IMG/VR virus record: IMGVR_UViG_3300023049_000005
Coordinates: 186,001-250,000 of that record
Length of the DNA: 64,000 nucleotides
Reading direction: 5' to 3' (one strand)
Positions 38,475 to 47,844 of this stretch are shown piece after piece (the stretch's first letter is position 1; every line of letters starts with the position of its first letter). The translations under genes and the position numbers were made by a program. The notes beneath the pieces were generated by a model, which was not told the origin of the DNA, searched no databases, and saw nothing but the letters and a program-made list of their open reading frames with translations.

Positions 38475-39908
38475 ATGAAAAAGGAAGATAAGATACAAGA
38501 GTTAAAAAGGAAAATTTCTCAACTCGACCAAGAGATTGGATATTATGATGCACTTCAACAAGGATTGAAGCTCGTACTTAACGGATCATATGGTGCTTAT
38601 GCATCAAGTTACTTTGTCTTATTCGACAACAATGTTGCAGGCTCTATTACCGCTGAAGGTAGAGAGTTAACTAAAACTATGTCAGATAAAAATGAAGACT
38701 ATTGGTATAACCAATGGCACTTAGATGAAGAACTACATAAAACCCTTTATATAAAATATGTAGAACAAATTCCTAATACTAAACCCGTAAGTGTATATGG
38801 TGATACAGATTCAATTTTTGTTGGATTTGAACCTGCTATCGATAGCTGTGAATGGAAAGACAGGATATTTAACGACACATGGTTGAACAAGTGTCCTTAT
38901 CCTTATATAGTAATCAAGAAAGGAGATACATTTGACCATAATATAAAGAATGATAATTACAAAGGTGTCATTTATTTCAGAGATGAAAAATTATATATGA
39001 ACGGAGAAGAAATAGAATCTATACCTGAAATAAAACTATTAGCGATAGATGGTTCTTTAATTAAAGATTATAAGTTCATACCATATCTAAAAGAAGTTAA
39101 GAGTAAAACAATATACAATTGGGGAACTGAATTAGAATTCATGCACGGTTTAGATCATTTTAAAATAGCTGCTTATTTTAAAGATGAGTTAGACAAACAT
39201 GCCCATAGTTATGGCGTAGATAACCTAGAAGATTTTGAGTTAGAAAAGATTTCTGAATCTATTATCAACTTAGAGAAAAAGAAATATATCCAACATATTA
39301 CTTGGGAAGAAGGAATTAATTATGAAAGATTAAAATACTTCCAACCTAAGGGTGTTGAATTGATTAGATCATCTACTCCACAATTTGCGAGAGATGAAGA
39401 TATGGGTATATACAAAGTAGTTAAATATTTATTTAACCATCCTAGGGATTTCAATATACAAGAACTTACTGAAATAGTAAGAGGAATGAGAACAGAATTT
39501 GAACTTGCAGATATAAATGATATTAGTGGACAATCTTCTTGTAGTAATTATGAGAAAAAAGTACTTAATGATAAGGACGCATTAGAGTTTGTATCAGGTG
39601 CGCATTTTGGTGTTAAGGCTGCAGCATTCCATAACTACTTATTGAACCAAAGAAAAGAATTACAGACTAGATATGAATTCTTGAAATCAGGCGATAAGAT
39701 CAAGTATTATTATACTAAAGATCCGATTAATCCTATTTTTGGTTTTAAGAGAGGGGAATACCCAATTGAGTTTGGTCCTGATGTGGATTATGACACACAA
39801 TTTGATAAAGTAATTCTAAGTCCTATTAATAATATTATTAAGAAACTTGGTATGCCTGAAATTAATAAGAGGTTAAGTGTGTTAGTAGATATATTTGCTA
39901 ATCTTTAG
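38475..39908 (+). CDS. Family B DNA polymerase, C-terminal subunit of a split gene (gp43B-like)
   Basis: Begins in fingers coiled coil; motif B KLVLNGSYG, ITAEGR, motif C YGDTDS, KKKY, KGVELIRSSTP, GDKIKY; no exonuclease or motif A. Confidence 0.9.
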   Translation: MKKEDKIQELKRKISQLDQEIGYYDALQQGLKLVLNGSYGAYASSYFVLFDNNVAGSITAEGRELTKTMSDKNEDYWYNQWHLDEELHKTLYIKYVEQIPNTKPVSVYGDTDSIFVGFEPAIDSCEWKDRIFNDTWLNKCPYPYIVIKKGDTFDHNIKNDNYKGVIYFRDEKLYMNGEEIESIPEIKLLAIDGSLIKDYKFIPYLKEVKSKTIYNWGTELEFMHGLDHFKIAAYFKDELDKHAHSYGVDNLEDFELEKISESIINLEKKKYIQHITWEEGINYERLKYFQPKGVELIRSSTPQFARDEDMGIYKVVKYLFNHPRDFNIQELTEIVRGMRTEFELADINDISGQSSCSNYEKKVLNDKDALEFVSGAHFGVKAAAFHNYLLNQRKELQTRYEFLKSGDKIKYYYTKDPINPIFGFKRGEYPIEFGPDVDYDTQFDKVILSPINNIIKKLGMPEINKRLSVLVDIFANL

Positions 39909-39944
39909 ATATATTTCCAAATATATAGTAAAATATCTACTCCA

Positions 39945-40748
39945 TTAGCGTTTAACCATAAAGAAAAAATCCGAATTTGGCATACCTTTAACGGTTTCTT
40001 CTGCTTTTTCTTTCATGTTTCTTCCTTCATCTAGCATCATTTGAGAGTTATAGCTACTGTTGCCAGGAAGTTTGAAGTCATATCTACCTACCATTTCACC
40101 GATCTTCATCTTACACATACCAATAACATATTCTATGAATAAAGGATCTGCGTACAAATGCTCAGGTTCTATATTGGAATAACATTCTGCAATTAAGTCA
40201 TCTTTAACATTTGTTAAAATAGCTAAACGGTTCGCCATTTGGTTATAATCATATTTTACTGTGAAAAGGTTTAAGTGATCTAACATATCAGAGAAGTTAT
40301 CAAGGACTGTCTTATATACCCCCAATTCCCCTATTGTCGTTACATATGACGAAAGATATGGTTGGTTACTAACACCTAAGTTAATACTTAAATTTGGTGC
40401 GTTTAAACCTAATTGAAATAAAGAATCTCTGTTTATTTTAAATAACCACGTAACTGATTGTATCTCAGCAGGTAAATAGATATACTTATCTCTAGTAAAC
40501 TCTCTTGTTTCCATTAGGTTTCTATCGATATAATAATATCCTTGTTGTACTGCGTATCTGTAATTTTGGTAAAACCACGGCTGAGCTTGTGTAACTATTA
40601 CACGTTTAATAGTTCTGATAGGGAGTAATTGTGGTAAAGCACAATCAAATGTTAATTCACTGTTTACTAGGTCTACTAATTCTTCAATAGTATACGCTTT
40701 GCTGAATCCTCCTTCTAGATTCCTTGGTGATTGATTATTATAACTCAT
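39945..40748 (-). CDS. Neck/head-completion protein (T4 gp13-like)
   Basis: CKMKIGEMVGRYDFKLPGNSSYN....LDEG C-terminus resembling gp13 LPGGV motif; TAATATATA at 40753-40761(-). Confidence 0.65.
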   Translation of the reverse strand: MSYNNQSPRNLEGGFSKAYTIEELVDLVNSELTFDCALPQLLPIRTIKRVIVTQAQPWFYQNYRYAVQQGYYYIDRNLMETREFTRDKYIYLPAEIQSVTWLFKINRDSLFQLGLNAPNLSINLGVSNQPYLSSYVTTIGELGVYKTVLDNFSDMLDHLNLFTVKYDYNQMANRLAILTNVKDDLIAECYSNIEPEHLYADPLFIEYVIGMCKMKIGEMVGRYDFKLPGNSSYNSQMMLDEGRNMKEKAEETVKGMPNSDFFFMVKR

Positions 40749-40778
40749 ATACTATATATTAAAGTTATATTTTTATAT

Positions 40779-41606
40779 CTATCCCCAATAAGATCCACCC
40801 TCTGCCATGTGTGCTTTATCGTGCTTTTCTTCTGCTTTAGGATACACCCAATGTTCGTTATATAGTTTAGAAATTATACCATGTCCGTCCCATCTCTTTC
40901 CTTTTATACCAAAAAGAATTTGTACACCACCGCCTATATAAATGGCACTTTTATTCAGTTCTGTCTTAATAAAATTAACAAGTGGTAGCCCATATGCACC
41001 ACACCCCACTAAAGCGATATCAAAGTCATATTTACTAATATCGTCCTTCATTATGTTGAGTGATTCGATCCAATCCGAGTGAGGTCCTTCACCACCGATG
41101 CTCTGTACGCTTTGGTAACACATTAGATCAAACTCAGGTAATATTTTTTTATTCTGAAACAGGTTTTCTCTTTTCTTATATTGTTCTTCGATACTTTTCT
41201 TAAAAGGGTGTATAATAAGAACTTTCTTTCCTTTTAATTCTTCTGACCAAGGATTATCAAAATAAAATGGTTCGAGACTTCTATTATGTACCCTAATACT
41301 GTTAGGAGAATATTTATCAAATAAATGAGTCTGTGCTTTATTTATAAGCGGGTTATTCCATTCTATTTGTATATCAGCACAAGCTATACCTTTGGTGTAT
41401 TCTTTATGGAATTGTGGTACACAATCTCCATAGAACCCCGCAACTATTCTATTCATGTGATCTACATTGGGTGTTATAGGTTGACCTATATCTGTTAAAT
41501 ATGCGGTTAATGTTTCACCGCCTATACCGACTCTAGATACAGCGAATGGATCGCCTTGTTCTATGAGTTCTTTTATTTTATCGTTTCCTTCTTGTTCATT
41601 TAGCAT
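40779..41606 (-). CDS. GT-D-fold/DUF1792-like putative glycosyltransferase
   Basis: VSRVG..E, LEPFY..NPWS..LKGKKVLIIHPF, FDIALVGCGAYG, GGGVQILFGIKGKRWD, EGGSYW. Confidence 0.65.
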   Translation of the reverse strand: MLNEQEGNDKIKELIEQGDPFAVSRVGIGGETLTAYLTDIGQPITPNVDHMNRIVAGFYGDCVPQFHKEYTKGIACADIQIEWNNPLINKAQTHLFDKYSPNSIRVHNRSLEPFYFDNPWSEELKGKKVLIIHPFKKSIEEQYKKRENLFQNKKILPEFDLMCYQSVQSIGGEGPHSDWIESLNIMKDDISKYDFDIALVGCGAYGLPLVNFIKTELNKSAIYIGGGVQILFGIKGKRWDGHGIISKLYNEHWVYPKAEEKHDKAHMAEGGSYWG

Positions 41607-41643
41607 AATAAAAATTATATCAAAAAAGTAAAAAAAGTTTATA

Positions 41644-41958
41644 TTATCCTCTAGGGAATTTATCTTTATATATCCAAGGAAACTCCTTTTTGAGTTCTTC
41701 CTTTTCCCTTTCTCTGTATTCGTTTAATTTCTTTTTCACTTCATCGCTATCAGTAGTATCTAATACTTCAACTACCTCAACATTTTTTACTGATATAGAT
41801 CTCCAATATGACCCATCTGTTAAATATACCCTAGTATCATTTTTTAACCAATGTGTAGGAACTGCAAAATGATCATGTATAAATCCTGTTATCGGAATCT
41901 TTCTTCTGATGATAGATGTTGATCCACTGAAATTTTCTAATAGTTTAATGTATTTCAT
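41644..41958 (-). CDS. Small protein with CTS-like N-terminus
   Basis: MKYIKLLENF; TAATATATA at 41963-41971(-). Confidence 0.7.
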   Translation of the reverse strand: MKYIKLLENFSGSTSIIRRKIPITGFIHDHFAVPTHWLKNDTRVYLTDGSYWRSISVKNVEVVEVLDTTDSDEVKKKLNEYREREKEELKKEFPWIYKDKFPRG

Positions 41959-41968
41959 AACTTATATA

Positions 41969-42247
41969 TTAGTGATTAGGGTGTAATTTATAGATTATCT
42001 TTTCTAATTCTTCTTGTGTTAAAGCTATAGCCTTAGCTCCTGTTTTTTGTTCAATTTCATCTACTGTATCATTTACACCATAAATAAAATCTTCTTCATC
42101 ATCAAATTCATCTCTATGTACTTCTTCTACGCCTACTCTTTTGTCTACATCTGTAATTTCTTTACCCAAGTTATATAATACGTAGAATACTTCATTTGAT
42201 TCTTCATCTGTGTTTTCTGTTATAAATTTATCAAATTTCTTAACCAC
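41969..42247 (-). CDS. Small acidic protein with CTS-like N-terminus
   Basis: MVKKFDKFITEN (GTG start). Confidence 0.7.
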   Translation of the reverse strand: MVKKFDKFITENTDEESNEVFYVLYNLGKEITDVDKRVGVEEVHRDEFDDEEDFIYGVNDTVDEIEQKTGAKAIALTQEELEKIIYKLHPNH

Positions 42248-42261
42248 AATAGTTCTCTTTT

Positions 42262-42275
42262 TTAATATATATTAA
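42262..42275. promoter_or_regulatory. Palindromic TTAATATATATTAA: overlapping divergent late-type motifs
   Basis: Between divergent genes 42247(-) and 42293(+). Confidence 0.5.
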
Positions 42276-42292
42276 AAACCAAATACTATTAA

Positions 42293-43132
42293 ATGATTAC
42301 AGTAAAGGTATTAACTGCAGACGAATTCCGTGAGATAACTAAAGAGAAAGATAGAATAAGATATTTCGATTATGCTGATCTATCTAGGAAAAAGAAAAAA
42401 CACTTCATTACTCTTTTAGATAATAATAAAATAATAGGTGTTTGTCATATAGCAGAGTTTGAATATGATACTGATTCGGATATGTCTATTGTTTATTTTT
42501 CGATAGATCCTGAATATAGAGGAAAGGGATATACTACTTTAATGGCTGATAAGTTAATGGAACTTTGCAAAAAAGAAAATATTGTATTGGGAACATCTTC
42601 TTGGACAGTGCCTGGTTTTAACAGACTGAGATCTACTATACAAAAATATGCAAATAAACATAGAGTTAAATTTGTAGATAATAATGAGTTGTTTGATAGA
42701 CCTTGGATGTATAATTCTAAAATGAAACACACACGAGATATGACCGAAGAAGAAAAGAAAGAATATGAGAAGTTAAGGAAACTTAAATACGTAAAATCAT
42801 TTAATATTTTTGATTATAATACAGGATTGTATAAGATATATGCTACACAAACAGATTTCGATTTCAATAAAGTAGATTATTTCTATGATATAATAGATAA
42901 AGGAGAATATAGGTTCTTTTCTAATGAAGGGAAGATAGCGGGTTATTTTGTTAACAACAAGTATTATATTTCAGAAGGACACCACAGAATGTTAGCTGCG
43001 TTAAAATATTGGAAGAAACATAATGATTATTCGGTTGTAGATAAACTGATCAAGAATGGTCTTATCACACCAAAAGATAAAGTGCCTAATAACTTCTATA
43101 AAAAATTTCCTATTAAGAAGCTTTTTTCATAA
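42293..43132 (+). CDS. GNAT acetyltransferase fused to ParB/Srx-like domain
   Basis: SIDPEYRGKGY acetyl-CoA loop; YYISEGHHRMLAA; internal CTS-like LKYVKSFNIF at the junction. Confidence 0.7.
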   Translation: MITVKVLTADEFREITKEKDRIRYFDYADLSRKKKKHFITLLDNNKIIGVCHIAEFEYDTDSDMSIVYFSIDPEYRGKGYTTLMADKLMELCKKENIVLGTSSWTVPGFNRLRSTIQKYANKHRVKFVDNNELFDRPWMYNSKMKHTRDMTEEEKKEYEKLRKLKYVKSFNIFDYNTGLYKIYATQTDFDFNKVDYFYDIIDKGEYRFFSNEGKIAGYFVNNKYYISEGHHRMLAALKYWKKHNDYSVVDKLIKNGLITPKDKVPNNFYKKFPIKKLFS

Positions 43133-43160
43133 TACAAATATAAGAAATAATATATAAGGT

Positions 43161-43418
43161 ATGAAGAATTTTAAAGAGCTTAAAAAAATAGAAGACCCAA
43201 AAAATACTTTATTTTTTATGAGGTCAAGACCATTAGGATATAATACAGATGGACAAAGTTATGATAACACTTTCGAAACTATTATGGCATTAGCCAATTA
43301 TAATATTGAAACATACCCATTGGCTAAAGATGATGAAATTGTATCAGGTGATATAAAAGAAGCCTTCATGTTTATGGGGAAAGGTAGTTCAGGAAGATTT
43401 ATATTAAAAAACATTTAA
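43161..43418 (+). CDS. Hypothetical protein
   Basis: TAATATATA at 43148-43156. Confidence 0.6.
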   Translation: MKNFKELKKIEDPKNTLFFMRSRPLGYNTDGQSYDNTFETIMALANYNIETYPLAKDDEIVSGDIKEAFMFMGKGSSGRFILKNI

Positions 43419-43451
43419 GACACGACCACAATTAGGACCGTTGTCGTTATA

Positions 43452-43484
43452 GAAACCACTTATGTTCGCTACGTAAGTGGTTTC
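43452..43484. terminator. Strong hairpin between convergent genes (terminator or structured RNA)
   Basis: GAAACCACTTATGT-TCGCT-ACGTAAGTGGTTTC; no clear U tract. Confidence 0.55.
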
Positions 43485-43488
43485 ACCT

Positions 43489-43794
43489 TTAATTCAATTT
43501 AGTTATTTCACCGTGGTTATCGTAAATGAATTTATACTTTTCTGCAATTGAATAAGAACAAGTATAATTAGTGTACACCTTATCTTCCTTTACTGCTTTT
43601 TGGATATCTTCTAAAGACGCTTGACCAAATTCATCAGAACTACCATAAAAAGTGAATGTTTTATCTTCTAATTTAAACCAACCACCACCCTGTACTTTAT
43701 CTTTCTCAGTAACTAATTCATTATGATAGATACATCTTGAAAGGATTAAATTTCCTTCTTCTATAATAAATTTGGGGTTTAATTCTTCTATCAT
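43489..43794 (-). CDS. Hypothetical protein
   Basis: PKFIIE, YH.EL, GGGWF, FYGSS.EFG. Confidence 0.7.
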   Translation of the reverse strand: MIEELNPKFIIEEGNLILSRCIYHNELVTEKDKVQGGGWFKLEDKTFTFYGSSDEFGQASLEDIQKAVKEDKVYTNYTCSYSIAEKYKFIYDNHGEITKLN

Positions 43795-44069
43795 ACACCT
43801 AAATCTTCTATGAATTCATCACGACTCATCGCTTTTTTATAGGTATCGTATCCTGGAATTAAGGGAAAGTCTACATAGGTATAAACCTCTTTATACTTTG
43901 TTCCAAAGAAGTCATATATACGTATTCTACGCAAATCAACCTTTCCTTTTTTCATAGCAAAAAGAATTTTCAATACCTTATCATATGACTTCACATGATG
44001 TTTCTCTTGATGTTCTTTACCATCTTTGTCTTTGTAGATAAATACTGCGTCAAAAAATTTAGTTTCCAT
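43791..44069 (-). CDS. Hypothetical protein with C-terminal RD tag
   Basis: Ends SRDEFIEDLGV; TATATTTG at 44089-44096(-). Confidence 0.75.
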   Translation of the reverse strand: METKFFDAVFIYKDKDGKEHQEKHHVKSYDKVLKILFAMKKGKVDLRRIRIYDFFGTKYKEVYTYVDFPLIPGYDTYKKAMSRDEFIEDLGV

Positions 44070-44114
44070 ATCGTTTTAGTTTGTTTTACAAATATAATAA
44101 TAAATATATAGAGT

Positions 44115-46544
44115 ATGAAATTTATTTTACAGAAAGAAAATTTACAACAAGCAAGAAGTATATTAAAAAAATTAGATATCACAGAAGATGATGTTAGATT
44201 CAAAGACCTCAAAGAATATTACGAAGAAAGATTAGGTAATAATTGGGGGTATTTTGGTTTCTTAACTAATCTTATTTTTAAACAAGGTGAGCATTTAAGT
44301 TCAGTTAAAAAGTTAATAGATTTCATTGTTGATGATAAAGATATCATAAAGAGTTTACCAAAAAACATAATTAAATATACTAGTATAGAAAAGATATCAG
44401 ATGATATTACTATACAATTGGAATGGAGAAAATACAGACAAGAATTCGTCAATGAACTTTCGGGTAAAATAAAAACACTAGCTAAAAAAGATGAAGATCT
44501 TAAAAACGAATACATTAATAGTGATGAAAATACTAAGAAAGATATTTTACAAAATTTCATTCCTAAAATAGCTAGATATACGGACTATAGAAAATTTAAA
44601 TCAGATCTAAAATCATTTTTGAATAAAACAGATGATATCGAAACCATTATTAAAGATATTAAGAATCAAGAACACGCATATTTAGTATACAACGAAAATA
44701 ATGTTGTTATAGCGGAAATATATAAATATGAAGCATCTTGTAAATTAGGATCTAAAGCATGGTGTATATCTACGGAAAAATTCCATTGGAATGATTATGT
44801 CAGTGGTATGAATAAACAATATTTTATTTGGAATTTAAATGTTCCTAAATCAAGTAATGAAAGTCAAGTAGGTGTTACAATAAAGGAAGATGGTACAGTA
44901 AGAACTGCTCATTATAAAAATGACAAAAGAGCATCTATTGAATTATATTTAACTAAATATAATATACCCACCGAAGTACTTACTCCTATTGATATAAATA
45001 AAGATTTTAGTAAATTAGAAAAAGCAGACCGTTTAGATGAAGGCGTATTCACTAATCTGATAAAAAGTGATAACAAAGAACTTATTAAAAAATATTACGA
45101 TATTATACCAAATAGATTAAAGATTAAATATAATTTATATAATGAAGAAGAATTAAGTAAAATGAATTTATCTGATACTACTAAAGAAGTACTTAGTTCG
45201 GATAACAGTAAGATTAAAAGAATAGTTAATTATCTAAGTCTTGAAGAAATTCTTAATTCTGAGGAAAGAAAATTCGTCGATAAGATGACATTCGTCGATA
45301 AAATATATTTTCTTAAAAAAGCGATGACACTTAATTTAGACTACGGTAGTGATTTCCATGAATCTAATATAACAGAAAAGTTGTTTCCTAATACTGATGT
45401 ATATACCATAGACTTTGATGAAGAATTAATTTATGTTAAAGGGGAGGAGAAAGATCAATTTTTTGATGAATTTCTTGGTATGTATACTGAGACATACCAT
45501 CATTTAAATTCTATCACTACACATAGTAGTATGTATAGTGATACAGAGGAAATTAATTTTTGTTATAATGCTCTAACGTCTGACCAAGGGTTAGAATTTA
45601 TGGAAGTTTTAGAGTTCTTAGAAAAGAATTCATACCACGAAAAACTAAAAGAATATTTCACAAAATTTATTAAGACGTATACTGATAATAATGGGATTGA
45701 ATATTATGACGTTGAATCATTTTTCTTAAAAGTAGGTTTAAAAGAAGTGTTCGAAGTATTAGAATTATGTTCTAGTGCAATAGAAGAAGGCGCAGATCAA
45801 TATATCTCAGAAGATATGCAATTATTTTCTGACCTAGAAAATAAGTTTGATTTTGATAGTTTTAATATCGGAATAGGTATTCCAATAGATTTAATTATTG
45901 ATTCATTTGATGATAAGGAATTAACAGACGAAGGTTTTGATTATGATAATTGGGTTAATAACACTCCGTTATCTAATCAAGTTCCTGCATTTAATTCAGA
46001 AGAGGGAACTTATGAATATTATAGTATGGCTCAAGTATCAGAAGAATATAAAGAAAAAATTGATAATCAATTAGAAAAATTAACAAGTGATCTTGAATTT
46101 GAATTAGCTGAATTTTTAGAAATGAATAACGAAAAAGTACATAATGCTTTAATTGACAATGGATATGTTGGTGATACAGAAAGTGGTTGGCAATATGAAG
46201 AATTCTTTTTTTATAGAAAAACCAAAGGTGATATAGTTAGTATCATACCAATAGAAAGTATCATAGAAAACGGTAATGCCGTAATGTACATAATGGAAAC
46301 TAAAGTTTTTAAGGAAGAATTACGCATTCTTAAAAATATAAATATAGTTACTGATGGTAGTGAGGAAAAACCAAATAGATGGGGGAGTAGTGAAAAAGAG
46401 CTTAATAGTAAAAACATCAATGTTAAACAGATTAACATCTTTGATCGCTTTGAAGAAAGAACTAAAGACCCTAACCAACTTAGTCTATTTGAAGAAAAGT
46501 TAATAATTAATTTCAAAAAGTTTAAACAAAGGAAGAGTATTTAA
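44115..46544 (+). CDS. Large putative virion protein with WC-motif (PcfJ-like) domain
   Basis: ASCKLGSKAWCIS...QYFIWN...SQVGVT...DG..AHYKND shared with 30468..32273; AAATATATA at 44102-44110. Confidence 0.75.
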   Translation: MKFILQKENLQQARSILKKLDITEDDVRFKDLKEYYEERLGNNWGYFGFLTNLIFKQGEHLSSVKKLIDFIVDDKDIIKSLPKNIIKYTSIEKISDDITIQLEWRKYRQEFVNELSGKIKTLAKKDEDLKNEYINSDENTKKDILQNFIPKIARYTDYRKFKSDLKSFLNKTDDIETIIKDIKNQEHAYLVYNENNVVIAEIYKYEASCKLGSKAWCISTEKFHWNDYVSGMNKQYFIWNLNVPKSSNESQVGVTIKEDGTVRTAHYKNDKRASIELYLTKYNIPTEVLTPIDINKDFSKLEKADRLDEGVFTNLIKSDNKELIKKYYDIIPNRLKIKYNLYNEEELSKMNLSDTTKEVLSSDNSKIKRIVNYLSLEEILNSEERKFVDKMTFVDKIYFLKKAMTLNLDYGSDFHESNITEKLFPNTDVYTIDFDEELIYVKGEEKDQFFDEFLGMYTETYHHLNSITTHSSMYSDTEEINFCYNALTSDQGLEFMEVLEFLEKNSYHEKLKEYFTKFIKTYTDNNGIEYYDVESFFLKVGLKEVFEVLELCSSAIEEGADQYISEDMQLFSDLENKFDFDSFNIGIGIPIDLIIDSFDDKELTDEGFDYDNWVNNTPLSNQVPAFNSEEGTYEYYSMAQVSEEYKEKIDNQLEKLTSDLEFELAEFLEMNNEKVHNALIDNGYVGDTESGWQYEEFFFYRKTKGDIVSIIPIESIIENGNAVMYIMETKVFKEELRILKNINIVTDGSEEKPNRWGSSEKELNSKNINVKQINIFDRFEERTKDPNQLSLFEEKLIINFKKFKQRKSI

Positions 46545-46572
46545 ATATATTAACAAAAGATTTCTTCCCTTA

Positions 46573-47799
46573 ATGAAATTAGAGACCAAGGACAAAGACC
46601 TATTAAAAACATTCGAGAAATACAGTAAAAGAATTAAGAAAATCGATAAGCTTAAATTATGTACTTATCAGACCATACTTGATATAATAGGCGATAAAAG
46701 TAAAATAAAATATGGAGATATCTTTCTTAAAAAAGATTACCTCATTGATCTAGTTAATACTATTATTTATAAGACTTATGACAAAAAAGATAAAGTTGTT
46801 AGACTATCTTCTGTGTATTTAAGAAAAAAATATGGGAAACATTCGAGTAAATATACTAAATATTTAAAAGAAAAAAAGATAATAAATCATCCTAGTAATT
46901 ATTTAGTAGGTAAACAATGTAATGGATATCAATTACATTTCTCTATTATAGAGAGCAAATCGGTTTTATATACTAGTTATGATAAAACACTAATCGAAAA
47001 AACAAAGAAACGAAAGATCCAAGAGTTCATAGAATCAGTTAATTATAATTATATATCAGATAAAGTAATAAGACACGTAATCGATAGTTTCGAACACGTT
47101 GAATTAGAATACAATGGTGCATTACATTATCTGAATGAAAATGTCAAAGGAAATAAACTGACAAAAAACTTAGTACATCTTCATATGATAGATGAAAAAT
47201 TAGGTTGGTTTTCAATAGACGAAAACCAAAGGTGTCACACTCCGTTTACTACATTAAAATCAGAAGTTAGGGATAGTTATTTAACAATAGAGGGGGAAGA
47301 AACCAAAGAGATAGATATTTCTAATAGTCAACCTTTCTTTTTAACTATATTAGTTAAGAAACATTTAAAGGAATTAAAATGGATAGATCGAGATGAGTAT
47401 AGTATATTTAAAAATTTAGTTAAGTCGGGTAAATATTATCGATTTTTCGAAGAATATGCACATGGGGGAAATGTTAAGACAAAAACATTTAAAGTGTTCT
47501 TCGGTAAAAATGAATATAAGACTAAGGTTGAGAATAAATTTGAACAGACTTTCCCTACTATATACAAATTTATACTTTGGTATAAAGAAAAAGAAAAGAG
47601 ATATCAAGCATTAGCTAAAGAACTACAAAGGAGTGAATCTAATTTCATATTTAACGATGTCTTAGAAGAAGTAGTTAATTCTTTCCCAAACATAAGGTTT
47701 TTCACAGTACATGATTCGATAGTAGTCAGAGAATCGAAATATGATGAGGTAAAGGAAATATTTGATAAACATATTGATAGAATTCACCAAAAATTGTAG
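46573..47799 (+). CDS. Minimal family-A-polymerase-like palm protein
   Basis: RCHT, EIDISNSQPFFL (motif A-like), KTKTFKVFFG (motif B-like), LQRSES, TVHDSIVV (motif C-like); no exonuclease domain. Confidence 0.65.
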   Translation: MKLETKDKDLLKTFEKYSKRIKKIDKLKLCTYQTILDIIGDKSKIKYGDIFLKKDYLIDLVNTIIYKTYDKKDKVVRLSSVYLRKKYGKHSSKYTKYLKEKKIINHPSNYLVGKQCNGYQLHFSIIESKSVLYTSYDKTLIEKTKKRKIQEFIESVNYNYISDKVIRHVIDSFEHVELEYNGALHYLNENVKGNKLTKNLVHLHMIDEKLGWFSIDENQRCHTPFTTLKSEVRDSYLTIEGEETKEIDISNSQPFFLTILVKKHLKELKWIDRDEYSIFKNLVKSGKYYRFFEEYAHGGNVKTKTFKVFFGKNEYKTKVENKFEQTFPTIYKFILWYKEKEKRYQALAKELQRSESNFIFNDVLEEVVNSFPNIRFFTVHDSIVVRESKYDEVKEIFDKHIDRIHQKL

Positions 47800-47844
47800 T
47801 TGACATACTTACTTATTTAATATATAATTAAAATCGGATATTAA

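Noticed and set aside
38840-39130. Intein in the DNA polymerase insertion
   Set aside because: It begins near a Cys but has no terminal HN/HQ followed by C/S/T and no LAGLIDADG or Hint block motifs.
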